A stretch of 33,279 nucleotides of DNA from a virus (lineage: Duplodnaviria; Heunggongvirae; Uroviricota; Caudoviricetes): the IMG/VR virus record IMGVR_UViG_2718217713_000004, positions 1 through 33,279 of that record, one strand, 5' to 3'. Positions 17,180 through 26,471 of this stretch are shown one piece after another. Numbering within the stretch: the stretch's first letter is position 1; each line of letters opens with the position of its first letter. The position numbers and the translations under genes were made by a program. The notes under the pieces are model-generated. The model saw nothing but the letters and a program-made list of their open reading frames with translations, searched no databases and was not told the origin of the DNA.

Positions 17180-17923
17180 TTAACTGGCTTTCTTTTTCGG
17201 GCGTCCACGTTTTGCCGGTGTCACGCTCCGGGTCTTACGCGGGGCGCGGGTGGCCGCTTTGGGCTGCGGCTCCGGCTTCGGTTTCAGCTCCCGCTCCAGT
17301 CGTTCAATCTCTTTTTTGACGCCTGCCTGACAGTCGAGCTGTGTCGCACGTTGCAGGTGAGCCAGCGCACCGGCGGCATCACCACCGTCACGCAGAAACA
17401 GACCGGTAATTTTGTGCAGCTTTGCGCGTACTTCATCAGGCATGTCAGCCGTGGCGGTCAGTTCAAGGGTCTCCGTCAGCAGGCGGGTATCCACAGACTC
17501 ACCGGCAGCGTGAGCGCGCATGGCCGCAAGCGCTACCTCCTCGGTGAACATGTACGGCGGGGTACGGCGGTGTTTACCCGGCATGGTCAGACCGTACTTC
17601 AGGGCATAACGGGCAATCTCCAGCGCACCGGCAATATCGCCGGTATCCAGACGCCACAGCATGACCGTCATCAGAATGTCATCCTGTGCACCTTTGCCCT
17701 GCTCCAGCACGCCGTTCACCCACGGCAACCAGAACGGCAGCAGTTCGCGTTTTTTCGCGGCCTTCAGCTCTTTTGAATAAATCGCTTTCAGTGTGCGCTG
17801 GTCTGCGGCGAGCTTAACCAGCATCTGCTCATAGACAGTTGCATGTCGCAGCGGGGCGGCTTCCCGCTGCGCGGTCATCGCTGCCGAGACCCGCATCATG
17901 TGGCGCTGTGCGGGACTCGTCAT
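17180..17923 (-). CDS. M: Terminase endonuclease (small) subunit gpM (247 aa)
   Basis: Length and sequence match P2 gpM; basic C-terminal tail. Confidence 0.9.
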   Translation of the reverse strand: MTSPAQRHMMRVSAAMTAQREAAPLRHATVYEQMLVKLAADQRTLKAIYSKELKAAKKRELLPFWLPWVNGVLEQGKGAQDDILMTVMLWRLDTGDIAGALEIARYALKYGLTMPGKHRRTPPYMFTEEVALAAMRAHAAGESVDTRLLTETLELTATADMPDEVRAKLHKITGLFLRDGGDAAGALAHLQRATQLDCQAGVKKEIERLERELKPKPEPQPKAATRAPRKTRSVTPAKRGRPKKKAS

Positions 17924-17926
17924 CGG

Positions 17927-19000
17927 TTACGCTCCCGGCTCTGCGGTCGCTTTAGCCAGTGTGGAGAAATCACCGACCTTAATTTTTTCCACCAGACAAC
18001 CGGCGGCGTAGTCTTCCACCACGTAATCAATGTTCATTGACTCGTAGTTCTCCACGCGGTCGAGTTTCGGGTTTTCCTCAATCACGCGGCGATGGCTGTC
18101 ATCCATGTAGTAGATGGACAGGTTTTCCAGCTTTGTGATGAGCATCGCATCCGCCGGGAAGTACGGGACGCGTACCGCCGGCAGGTTACCGATGCGTTTC
18201 TGGCTGGTGATGACGTCAGCGGCCAGCATTTCGCTGTTGTCCTGCTCCTTGTTGACGATGGGAAAATACTTGTCCGCCAGTAGCTGACGTCCCACAATCA
18301 CCACAAGGTCAGGGTCTTCCTGATACCACGGCTCAATCAGGTTGTTGGTCGCATCCATCACCAGTGCGTCAAGGCTGGCATAATCACCGCCCTTACCCAC
18401 GCGGATAACCTCAGAGGTGGTGTGCCCTTCCTCGTCAGTGACCTTGCTCATCACGCGCGCCGGTGCTTCATTGCGGTATTTCTGCAGCCAGCCGACCGCC
18501 ACATCCTGTAGCATCGGATTACTGCTGCGGTCAGAGGTTTCGGCACGCCTCACGCCGTTAAAACCGGCCATGATGAAATCAAGGGACTGGCGTTTGATAA
18601 TGGCGTTACGGACACGGAGCTGGAAATCCTGATAACGCGCCCACAGGTCAAGCGTTTTGTAGCGGATATAAAAATCGAAGTTAATCTGGTCGCATTCGTA
18701 CTTGTTTGACGCCAGCTTCGAGAAGTCCTTCGGCTGACGCTCGGTGCCACCGGCGGTGTCGGTGGTGCTGGCGATGGAGCCGGTGACACCGATGCCAATT
18801 TTTTCCCCTTTCATTTCGCTGACCGGCACAATGTTGATGCGGGTCAGAAAGTCAGAGGACTCCTGCATGGTGTTCATCAGGGTCTGGGTGACCGACGGTT
18901 CAACGGTGAATTTTTTCGACACATCACCGGCGTCGATGCCGTTCAGTTCGGCAACACGGGACAGGTAAGCATTAAATTTAAAGCGGGTTTCCTGGCGCAT
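17927..19000 (-). CDS. N: Major capsid protein gpN (357 aa)
   Basis: Length and sequence match P2 gpN. Confidence 0.9.
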   Translation of the reverse strand: MRQETRFKFNAYLSRVAELNGIDAGDVSKKFTVEPSVTQTLMNTMQESSDFLTRINIVPVSEMKGEKIGIGVTGSIASTTDTAGGTERQPKDFSKLASNKYECDQINFDFYIRYKTLDLWARYQDFQLRVRNAIIKRQSLDFIMAGFNGVRRAETSDRSSNPMLQDVAVGWLQKYRNEAPARVMSKVTDEEGHTTSEVIRVGKGGDYASLDALVMDATNNLIEPWYQEDPDLVVIVGRQLLADKYFPIVNKEQDNSEMLAADVITSQKRIGNLPAVRVPYFPADAMLITKLENLSIYYMDDSHRRVIEENPKLDRVENYESMNIDYVVEDYAAGCLVEKIKVGDFSTLAKATAEPGA

Positions 19001-19058
19001 AGTTTTTCCTGAAATTAAGGGTTAATCGTGAAGGTTTTCCCGGACTGACTGACGCCGG

Positions 19059-19913
19059 TTAGCAGTTCGTCATCAGGGCGTCACCGCCACCGCCGGTGGC
19101 TTTACTGCGGCGCTGCTGGGTCAGACTTTCGGTGTGGTCGAGACTGTTTTTCAGGCGGGTGAATGCCTGACTGGTTTCATCCGCCCTGTCAGTCACATCC
19201 TGCTTAAGTGCGGAAAAGGCGGTTTCCATCTCAGCAAGGCGCTGCTCAGTGGCGCTCAGTTTTTCCTGCACATGCTCAGCGACAGCGGTCACCGCTTCAT
19301 GCACGTCATTCAGACGGGCGTCATCGCTGGCCTGTTTACGGCCAAAAATGGATTTCACCTTTTCGGTCAGGGCGGTGAACACGGTTTCAGGCAGGTCTTC
19401 AAATTCCAGCTCAACAGGCGTTGCCACTGAAATCAGGTTTTCAGGGCTTAATTTGAAGCGGTTCAGAGGGTTGTGTTTTGCCGTGCGGCAGAATTCCAGG
19501 TATTCCGTGCCGAGGCTTGCCGGGTCATCGGTGACGGCCAGACCCACCAGATAACATTTGCCGGTATTGGCAAAGTTCGGCTGAATTTCCATTGAGGTAT
19601 AGACCTTCTGCGCGGCCTTGTTCATCGCGATAAGGTCATCGGTCGGGGTGATTTTCGCAAACAGCGCCCATTTGCCTTTCAGCGCCGAATCATCGTCAAT
19701 CTTTTCGGCCTTCAGTTCGACCACATCGCCATAACGCTTAAAAATACCGTCAGGCAGGATGCCGCGCAGATGTTCCAGGTTAATGCGGCAACCATAGACA
19801 CGCGGGTCAAAGGTTTCGGCCATTTCCTGAATATCCTGCGCACTGATGACACGCCCGTCACAGGTGTCACCCTCAACGCCGATACGAAAGAATTTTGAGA
19901 CTTTTTTTGCCAT
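19059..19913 (-). CDS. O: Capsid scaffolding protein gpO
   Basis: Sequence from MAKKVSKFFRIGVEGDTCDGR... matches P2 gpO; ATG at 19911..19913 chosen over the ORF-track start at 19979. Confidence 0.85.
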   Translation of the reverse strand: MAKKVSKFFRIGVEGDTCDGRVISAQDIQEMAETFDPRVYGCRINLEHLRGILPDGIFKRYGDVVELKAEKIDDDSALKGKWALFAKITPTDDLIAMNKAAQKVYTSMEIQPNFANTGKCYLVGLAVTDDPASLGTEYLEFCRTAKHNPLNRFKLSPENLISVATPVELEFEDLPETVFTALTEKVKSIFGRKQASDDARLNDVHEAVTAVAEHVQEKLSATEQRLAEMETAFSALKQDVTDRADETSQAFTRLKNSLDHTESLTQQRRSKATGGGGDALMTNC

Positions 19914-20086
19914 TGTCAGGAGTCCTGAATAGTGATTAGAGGAGTCACATGTCGGCATCAGTTTCCCGACGATGCGCATCCTCCGCCATCAGTCCCGGAT
20001 GGCTTATCACTGATACAACAGCACCTTAGCGAATCGCGGGGCGCGACTCAGTAGCCTTGCCGTGTATTCATCACGGCGAGGTATTC
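19914..20086. promoter_or_regulatory. Divergent late promoter region between O and P, with a dyad (t-gtcgg-N10-ccgac-g, 19950..19971) about 47 nt upstream of the O start
   Basis: Intergenic gap between divergently transcribed late operons as in P2; dyad read from the sequence; exact -10/-35 elements not resolved. Confidence 0.4.
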
Positions 20087-21859
20087 ATGACCATCACCAC
20101 AGACACCACTCTTTTACACGACCCGCGTCGTCAGGCGGCGCTGCTGTACTGGCAGGGGTTTTCCGTGCCGCAGATTGCCGCCATGTTGCAGATGAAACGC
20201 CCGACGGTGCAGAGCTGGAAACAGCGCGACGGCTGGGACAGCGTTGCCCCCATCAGCCGTGTCGAAATGAGTCTGGAAGCGCGGCTGACCCAGCTCATCA
20301 TCAAACCGCAGAAAACCGGCGGGGACTTCAAGGAAATTGACCTGCTGGGACGCCAGATTGAACGACTGGCACGGGTCAACCGTTACAGCCAGACCGGCAA
20401 CGAGGCAGACCTTAATCCGAACATCGCTAACCGCAACAAAGGCGGGCGTCGCAAACCGAAAAAGAATTTTTTCAGTGACGAGGCCATCGAAAAGCTGGAG
20501 CAGATTTTCTTTGAGCAGTCTTTCGAATATCAGTTGCACTGGTATCGCGCCGGGCTTGAGCACCGCATCCGCGATATCCTGAAATCCCGCCAGATTGGCG
20601 CGACGTTTTATTTTTCCCGCGAGGCGCTGCTGCGCGCCCTGAAAACCGGTCATAACCAGATTTTTCTGTCGGCCAGTAAAACGCAGGCGTATGTGTTCCG
20701 CGAATACATCATCGCCTTTGCCCGGCTGGTTGACGTTGACCTGACCGGTGACCCGATTGTCCTGGGCAATAACGGCGCAAAACTGATTTTTCTCGGCACC
20801 AACTCCAACACCGCGCAGAGCCATAACGGCGACCTGTACGTCGACGAGATTTTCTGGATCCCGAATTTTCAGGTACTGCGTAAGGTGGCATCAGGTATGG
20901 CCTCACAGAGTCACCTGCGCTCGACCTATTTCTCCACCCCGTCCACACTGGCGCACGACGCCTACCCGTTCTGGTCGGGTGAACTGTTCAACCGGGGACG
21001 CGCCAGCGCCGCCGAACGCGTGGAAATCGACGTCAGTCATAACGCCCTTGCCGGAGGTCTTCTCTGTGCGGACGGCCAGTGGCGGCAGATTGTCACCATT
21101 GAGGACGCCCTGAAAGGTGGCTGCACACTGTTCGACATTGAGCAGCTCAAACGTGAAAACAGCGCCGACGATTTTAAAAACCTGTTCATGTGTGAATTTG
21201 TTGACGACAAGGCGTCGGTGTTCCCGTTCGAGGAGCTGCAACGCTGCATGGTCGACACGCTGGAAGAATGGGAAGACTATGCGCCGTTTGCCGCCAATCC
21301 GTTCGGCTCACGCCCGGTATGGATTGGTTACGATCCGTCACACCGTGGCGACAGCGCCGGATGCGTGGTACTGGCACCGCCGGTGGTGGCCGGTGGCAAA
21401 TTCAGGATCCTTGAGCGTCACCAGTGGAAAGGCATGGACTTTGCCACTCAGGCTGAATCCATCCGCAAACTCACCGAAAAATACAACGTCGAATACATCG
21501 GTATTGATGCCACCGGCCTCGGTGTCGGCGTGTTCCAGCTCGTGCGCTCGTTCTATCCCGCCGCGCGCGACATCCGCTACACGCCGGAAATGAAAACCGC
21601 AATGGTGCTCAAGGCAAAAGACGTTATTCGCCGTGGCTGTCTGGAATATGACGTCAGCGCCACCGACATCACCAGCTCGTTTATGGCTATCCGCAAGACC
21701 ATGACCAGCAGCGGACGCAGCGCCACCTATGAGGCCAGCCGCAGCGAGGAAGCCAGCCACGCCGACCTCGCCTGGGCGACCATGCACGCCCTGTTAAATG
21801 AGCCACTCACCGCCGGTATCAGCACCCCGCTGACATCCACCATTCTGGAGTTTTACTGA
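20087..21859 (+). CDS. P: Terminase ATPase (large) subunit gpP
   Basis: Sequence from MTITTDTTLLHDPRRQAALLYWQGFSVPQIAAMLQMKRPTVQSW... matches P2 gpP; ATG at 20087 chosen over the ORF-track start at 20057. Confidence 0.9.
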   Translation: MTITTDTTLLHDPRRQAALLYWQGFSVPQIAAMLQMKRPTVQSWKQRDGWDSVAPISRVEMSLEARLTQLIIKPQKTGGDFKEIDLLGRQIERLARVNRYSQTGNEADLNPNIANRNKGGRRKPKKNFFSDEAIEKLEQIFFEQSFEYQLHWYRAGLEHRIRDILKSRQIGATFYFSREALLRALKTGHNQIFLSASKTQAYVFREYIIAFARLVDVDLTGDPIVLGNNGAKLIFLGTNSNTAQSHNGDLYVDEIFWIPNFQVLRKVASGMASQSHLRSTYFSTPSTLAHDAYPFWSGELFNRGRASAAERVEIDVSHNALAGGLLCADGQWRQIVTIEDALKGGCTLFDIEQLKRENSADDFKNLFMCEFVDDKASVFPFEELQRCMVDTLEEWEDYAPFAANPFGSRPVWIGYDPSHRGDSAGCVVLAPPVVAGGKFRILERHQWKGMDFATQAESIRKLTEKYNVEYIGIDATGLGVGVFQLVRSFYPAARDIRYTPEMKTAMVLKAKDVIRRGCLEYDVSATDITSSFMAIRKTMTSSGRSATYEASRSEEASHADLAWATMHALLNEPLTAGISTPLTSTILEFY

Positions 21860-22893
21860 TGAGCAAGAAAAAAGGGAAAACACCGCAACCTGCGGCAAAA
21901 AAAATGACCGCCAGCGCCCCGAAAATGGAGGCATTCACCTTTGGTGAGCCGGTGCCGGTACTCGACCGCCGTGACATTCTGGATTACGTCGAATGCATCA
22001 GTAACGGCAGATGGTATGAGCCACCGGTCAGCTTTACCGGTCTGGCAAAAAGCCTGCGTGCTGCCGTGCATCACAGCTCACCGATTTACGTCAAACGTAA
22101 TATTCTGGCCTCGACATTTATCCCGCATCCGTGGCTTTCCCAGCAGGATTTCAGCCGCTTTGTGCTGGATTTTCTGGTTTTCGGTAATGCGTTTCTGGAA
22201 AAGCGTTACAGCACCACCGGTAAGGTCATCAGACTGGAAACCTCACCGGCAAAATATACCCGCCGTGGCGTGGAGGAGGATGTTTACTGGTGGGTGCCGT
22301 CCTTCAACGAGCCGACAGCCTTCGCGCCCGGCTCCGTGTTTCACCTGCTGGAGCCGGATATCAATCAGGAGCTGTACGGCCTGCCGGAATATCTCAGCGC
22401 CCTTAACTCTGCCTGGCTGAATGAGTCAGCCACGCTGTTCCGCCGCAAGTATTACGAAAACGGCGCGCATGCCGGATACATCATGTACGTCACCGATGCC
22501 GTGCAGGACCGCAACGATATCGAAACGCTTCGCGAAAACATGGTGAAGTCGAAAGGCCGCAACAACTTTAAAAACCTGTTTCTCTATGCGCCGCAGGGGA
22601 AAGCCGACGGCATAAAAATTATCCCGCTCAGTGAAGTGGCAACGAAAGACGATTTTTTTAATATCAAAAAAGCCAGCGCCGCTGACCTGCTGGACGCGCA
22701 CCGTATCCCCTTTCAGTTGATGGGCGGCAAGCCGGAGAACGTCGGGTCACTGGGAGATATTGAGAAAGTGGCAAAGGTCTTTGTCCGCAATGAGCTTATC
22801 CCGTTACAGGACAGAATTCGGGAAATAAACGGCTGGCTCGGTCAGGAGGTCATCCGCTTTAAAAACTACTCACTGGACACTGACAACGGTTGA
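21859..22893 (+). CDS. Q: Portal (capsid) protein gpQ (344 aa)
   Basis: Length and sequence match P2 gpQ; start overlaps the P stop. Confidence 0.9.
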   Translation: MSKKKGKTPQPAAKKMTASAPKMEAFTFGEPVPVLDRRDILDYVECISNGRWYEPPVSFTGLAKSLRAAVHHSSPIYVKRNILASTFIPHPWLSQQDFSRFVLDFLVFGNAFLEKRYSTTGKVIRLETSPAKYTRRGVEEDVYWWVPSFNEPTAFAPGSVFHLLEPDINQELYGLPEYLSALNSAWLNESATLFRRKYYENGAHAGYIMYVTDAVQDRNDIETLRENMVKSKGRNNFKNLFLYAPQGKADGIKIIPLSEVATKDDFFNIKKASAADLLDAHRIPFQLMGGKPENVGSLGDIEKVAKVFVRNELIPLQDRIREINGWLGQEVIRFKNYSLDTDNG

Positions 22894-22898
22894 ACATC

Positions 22899-22920
22899 GC
22901 CGCCTGCTGGCGGCTTTTTT
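22899..22920 (+). terminator. Rho-independent terminator downstream of Q (stem gccgcc/ggcggc, T6 run)
   Basis: GC hairpin gccgcctgctggcggc followed by tttttt, beginning 6 nt after the Q stop. Confidence 0.75.
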
Positions 22921-23062
22921 ACACCCCGTCATCACGCCCTCACACGCTCACCACCGCAAAAAACACCCCGCAGACACACCAACGCCTCAACGGGCAGACT
23001 AAGCGCCGTCACGACGCGCTGAGACGCTGAAAAAATAAAATCAGCACCACCGCCAGCGCGCA

Positions 23063-23081
23063 GTGCTTTCCCCGCCTCGCC
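23063..23081. other. cos: cos cohesive-end site (19 nt; reverse complement reads GGCGAGGCGGGGAAAGCAC)
   Basis: Exact match to the 19-nt P2 cohesive end as I recall it, located just beyond Q as in P2. Confidence 0.7.
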
Positions 23082-23324
23082 CGCCCGCTTCATGGGGCGG
23101 TTTTAATGCAGTTGCACAGCCATGTCAAAGCCATGTCAACACTAGCAGTATGTAAAAAGAGCAGATATAAGAAACAAATGCAGTTTCATGCAAAAAGCGA
23201 CACACATCATGTCATGAAACAAAGCCGCTAATGAACACTTGCTTTGGTTATCTTAAGGTTTTATCTTCAGCCTAACCTATTGATTGCATGAAACTAAAAT
23301 GAACTCTCAGCAAGGAACGACTAT

Positions 23325-25283
23325 ATGTCAGATTTCGAAATTAAAATTGATTTGAATGTGCTAAATCACCTAGGGATGAGTCTCTATTCCAATACTCCCG
23401 CGGTACTAACTGAGATTATATCAAATGCATGGGATGCAGATGCTCAAAATGTAGAAATTACACTTGATGTTGAGAAAGGAGAGGTCATCATTAAAGATGA
23501 TGGTCATGGCATGTCTAAAGATGACATTATTAATAAGTTCCTAAAAGTCGGTTATGCTCGCAGGGAACATGGAAGAGCCAAAAGCGATCATCTAAAACGT
23601 CAAGTTATGGGCAGAAAAGGTATTGGTAAGCTTGCCATGTTTTCACTTGCCAATAAAATCCAAGTTTATTCGTACAAAAAGGGGGAACAGCCTCAGGCCT
23701 TTGAGGTAGATGTCAAAGATTTACAGCAAAGTATCAAAGAATCAAAAAACTATATTGCTGACTCCCTTGAAATACCCGAAAATCTTGCTTACGGCACTAC
23801 AATTAAATTATTTGAACTAAAAAAAGCCATTGATAGGACTCAAACTTACCTCAGAAAGCGAATAGCTCGTCGATTTAGCATTATTGGCCCCAACCATAAC
23901 TTTACAGTTAAAATTAATGGGACCGATATTACACCGGCAGATAGAGATTTCCTTTCAGATCTCGAGTTCATTTGGGAATTTGGCGAATCCGACCCTGAAA
24001 GGATAAAATCCTGCACAAACATCACACAAAAAAACATATTACCAAATACTATTACCTTTGAAGGAAAAGATGTAAAAGTTAGTGGGTACATTGGCAGTGT
24101 AGTTAAGCCATCACAGTTAAAGAAAGACCCTGAAATATCTAACAACAGCATTACTGTAATCTCTCACGGACGTGTTTTTGAGGAGGACATATTATTAGAA
24201 TTTGGAAGTGCTAAAGTATTCACCAATTATCTGGTCGGTGAAATAGTCGCCGATTTTCTAGATGATAACGAAAAGCCTGATATGGCAACATCTTCTCGTC
24301 AAAAACTACAACAGAATGATCCAAGATACCCTGTACTTAAAGGTTTTCTGGAAAGAACGCTACAACTAATCGATAAAGATTGGGATAAATGGAGACGCGA
24401 AAAAGGAGTAAATGAAGTTAAAAGTAATACTCCAATAGTAAGTGAATGGCTGAATTCTCTCAAAAAACATGAGAGAGAAAGTGCCGAAAAGTTAATTGGA
24501 CGAGTAAACACATTCCGTTTTTCTGGTAATGAGGAAGAACAAAAAGCAGCAAGAAAAACCGTATTAAAAAATACGGTATTAGCCTTTGAAAGACTTAGAA
24601 TTCAAGACAACCTTGATGCATTAGATAAAATAAGCAACCTTCAATCAGAAAATTTTAAAGATGTATTTGCATCTGTCAATGACATTGAAGCAAGCATGTT
24701 TTATGAAATTACTTCGCAACGCCTTAAAGTAATTGAAAAATTCCAAAAAATAACTGATGAAAATCAGCTTGAAAGAGCTGTACAAATGTATTTATATGAT
24801 CATTTATGGTTATTGGATCCTTCATGGGAAAGAGTCACAGGCACATCTGTTATGGAGCAAACATTGACCAAGGAACTAAAACAGATAAACCCTGATGCTG
24901 CTAGCGGTGCTCGTATTGATATCGCTTTCAAAACCGTTTCTGGCAAGCATGTAATTATTGAGATGAAACGACCTAAAGTGCACCCAGATATAATGAACCT
25001 AGTCGCACAAGGTAATAAATATGTACAGGCAACGACACAATGGTTCTCCAATAACCCTAAAAATTGCCCAGGTGGAAATATACCGCATATAGAAGTAATA
25101 TTCCTGGTTGGCTCTGGATATTTACAAGAGAACCAACACTTTATAAATATGCAATTACTTTCTATCAATGGAAAAATATTGACATATAATGACCTAATCG
25201 TGCAATCAAAACAAGCCTATGCTGAATATCAAGACAAAAAGAATGATGCAGCTAGAATTATGAAAATAGTTGAGGGAATCTAA
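23325..25283 (+). CDS. Hypothetical GHKL-family ATPase (HATPase_c / Bergerat fold, MutL-MORC-like N-terminal domain) with a C-terminal PD-(D/E)xK-like nuclease motif, 652 aa; candidate restriction or defence effector
   Basis: N box EIISNAWDA, G1 box IIKDDGHGM, G2 box GRKGIGKLAMF near the N-terminus; C-terminal ARIDIAF...HVIIEMKRPK fits D...(D/E)xK; Shine-Dalgarno aagga upstream of ATG; AT-rich codon usage unlike the phage backbone. Confidence 0.6.
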   Translation: MSDFEIKIDLNVLNHLGMSLYSNTPAVLTEIISNAWDADAQNVEITLDVEKGEVIIKDDGHGMSKDDIINKFLKVGYARREHGRAKSDHLKRQVMGRKGIGKLAMFSLANKIQVYSYKKGEQPQAFEVDVKDLQQSIKESKNYIADSLEIPENLAYGTTIKLFELKKAIDRTQTYLRKRIARRFSIIGPNHNFTVKINGTDITPADRDFLSDLEFIWEFGESDPERIKSCTNITQKNILPNTITFEGKDVKVSGYIGSVVKPSQLKKDPEISNNSITVISHGRVFEEDILLEFGSAKVFTNYLVGEIVADFLDDNEKPDMATSSRQKLQQNDPRYPVLKGFLERTLQLIDKDWDKWRREKGVNEVKSNTPIVSEWLNSLKKHERESAEKLIGRVNTFRFSGNEEEQKAARKTVLKNTVLAFERLRIQDNLDALDKISNLQSENFKDVFASVNDIEASMFYEITSQRLKVIEKFQKITDENQLERAVQMYLYDHLWLLDPSWERVTGTSVMEQTLTKELKQINPDAASGARIDIAFKTVSGKHVIIEMKRPKVHPDIMNLVAQGNKYVQATTQWFSNNPKNCPGGNIPHIEVIFLVGSGYLQENQHFINMQLLSINGKILTYNDLIVQSKQAYAEYQDKKNDAARIMKIVEGI

Positions 25284-25288
25284 TTATA

Positions 25289-25312
25289 CCCCCCTGTTTT
25301 TTGACAGGGGGG
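25289..25312. terminator. Hairpin between the convergent GHKL and methyltransferase genes (stem cccccctgt/acagggggg, U-rich loop); terminator-like, bidirectional
   Basis: Perfect 9-bp GC stem read from the sequence; no clean post-stem T-tract, so terminator function is tentative. Confidence 0.45.
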
Positions 25313-25324
25313 ATGACATAAGTT

Positions 25325-26374
25325 TTAAATATTCATTTCTGACAAATGTTTTAAAATAGTTTCACCTACGACCTCACCAAGCCTAACAGGAACAGCATTA
25401 CCTATTAAACGCGCAACTGTTCTCATTTCAATTTTTACATCATCAGGCCAAAACTCATACTTTTCTGGGAATGACTGTAATAGCGCAGCCTCTCTTAAAC
25501 TTAATGCTCTATTTTGGACAGGGTGCCCAAAGCGTCCATTCCCATATCCAATACATTGAGTTGTAATTGTCGGTCCAAGTTTATCCCAACACATTCTCCC
25601 ATATACAGCAGTATATGTAGAACCACTTTCTTTTGTATGACATTTTGCTCTTAGCTCTTCTGGCCAATCACGCCATGTTCCACCAGGTTTTGATGCCATT
25701 ATTCTTTTTATATTAATATCAGATAATGATGCAGAGCGATGTAGTTTATCTCCAGCGTGAACAGCACCGGCACTAATTTCAGGAAGATTACCGATTATAT
25801 CTCGCACCGTTTTATAATCATTCTTCTCATGAGTTGGTGGAATTATTTCTATTTCTCCATATTTTGATGCCAATAACACTAATCTTGAACGACTTTGTGC
25901 CATTCCATAGTCTGGACAAAACACCACCCCATACCAAACAAAATAGCCATCATTTTTAAGAGACTTAATGAAGTCCTTAAAAACCTTATGATTCACCACT
26001 CGGGGAACGTTTTCCATTGTAATAATATCTGGCTTTGCAAATTTAATTTGCTTAGCAAAGCTATAAAGCAAAGACCATCTTTTATCTTTTGAACGTACTA
26101 CCCCTAATTTAGCACTATTGGTATAGCTTGAAAAAGGTTGGCATGGGGCACAACCAGCCAAAACTCGAACCTTCGCTCCTTCGAAATATTTAACTAATTC
26201 GCCGTCCTCAATGTCTGTAACACTTTTCTGGACAAAGAGTGATTTATTATTTGTCTCATAGGCAAATCGACAGGCTGCATCTATATCATAACCTGCAACT
26301 ACATTAAGCCCCGACTTCTGAAGACCGTGAGTCAAGCCACCCGCGCCACAGAATAAATCAACAACCTTAATCAA
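25325..26374 (-). CDS. DNA (cytosine-5)-methyltransferase, Dcm-type
   Basis: Motif I DLFCGAGG, motif IV PCQPFS, motif VI ENV, C-terminal GNAVP in canonical order; start assigned to TTG at 26374..26372, preceded by AAGGAGG with 6-nt spacing (ORF track begins further upstream at 26476, also TTG). Confidence 0.85.
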   Translation of the reverse strand: MIKVVDLFCGAGGLTHGLQKSGLNVVAGYDIDAACRFAYETNNKSLFVQKSVTDIEDGELVKYFEGAKVRVLAGCAPCQPFSSYTNSAKLGVVRSKDKRWSLLYSFAKQIKFAKPDIITMENVPRVVNHKVFKDFIKSLKNDGYFVWYGVVFCPDYGMAQSRSRLVLLASKYGEIEIIPPTHEKNDYKTVRDIIGNLPEISAGAVHAGDKLHRSASLSDINIKRIMASKPGGTWRDWPEELRAKCHTKESGSTYTAVYGRMCWDKLGPTITTQCIGYGNGRFGHPVQNRALSLREAALLQSFPEKYEFWPDDVKIEMRTVARLIGNAVPVRLGEVVGETILKHLSEMNI

Positions 26375-26440
26375 GATAAACCTCCTTCTAATGCTGTGGG
26401 GATTGTAGCATTGTTCTTTCTCATCATCGATGTTTACTTG

Positions 26441-26471
26441 ATGCTTGATTTGTGAATACAAAATCAAGCAT
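26441..26471. promoter_or_regulatory. 31-bp palindrome ATGCTTGATTT-N9-AAATCAAGCAT overlapping a promoter-like TTGACA upstream of the methyltransferase; candidate operator
   Basis: Perfect 11-bp inverted arms read from the sequence; AT-rich with no T-tract (not terminator-like); on the minus strand TTGACA overlaps the first arm. Confidence 0.45.

Noticed and set aside
23846-24511. Minus-strand ORFs (101 and 70 aa) inside the GHKL gene
   Set aside because: Antisense to a 652-aa ORF with clear domain motifs; AT-rich DNA with hydrophobic low-complexity translations.
23325-25283. Considered whether the 652-aa protein is a sensor histidine kinase or the P2 Old protein
   Set aside because: The GHKL domain is N-terminal with no HisKA/DHp domain or membrane segments, so not a kinase; there is no Walker A/B ABC-ATPase signature or TOPRIM region, so not Old.
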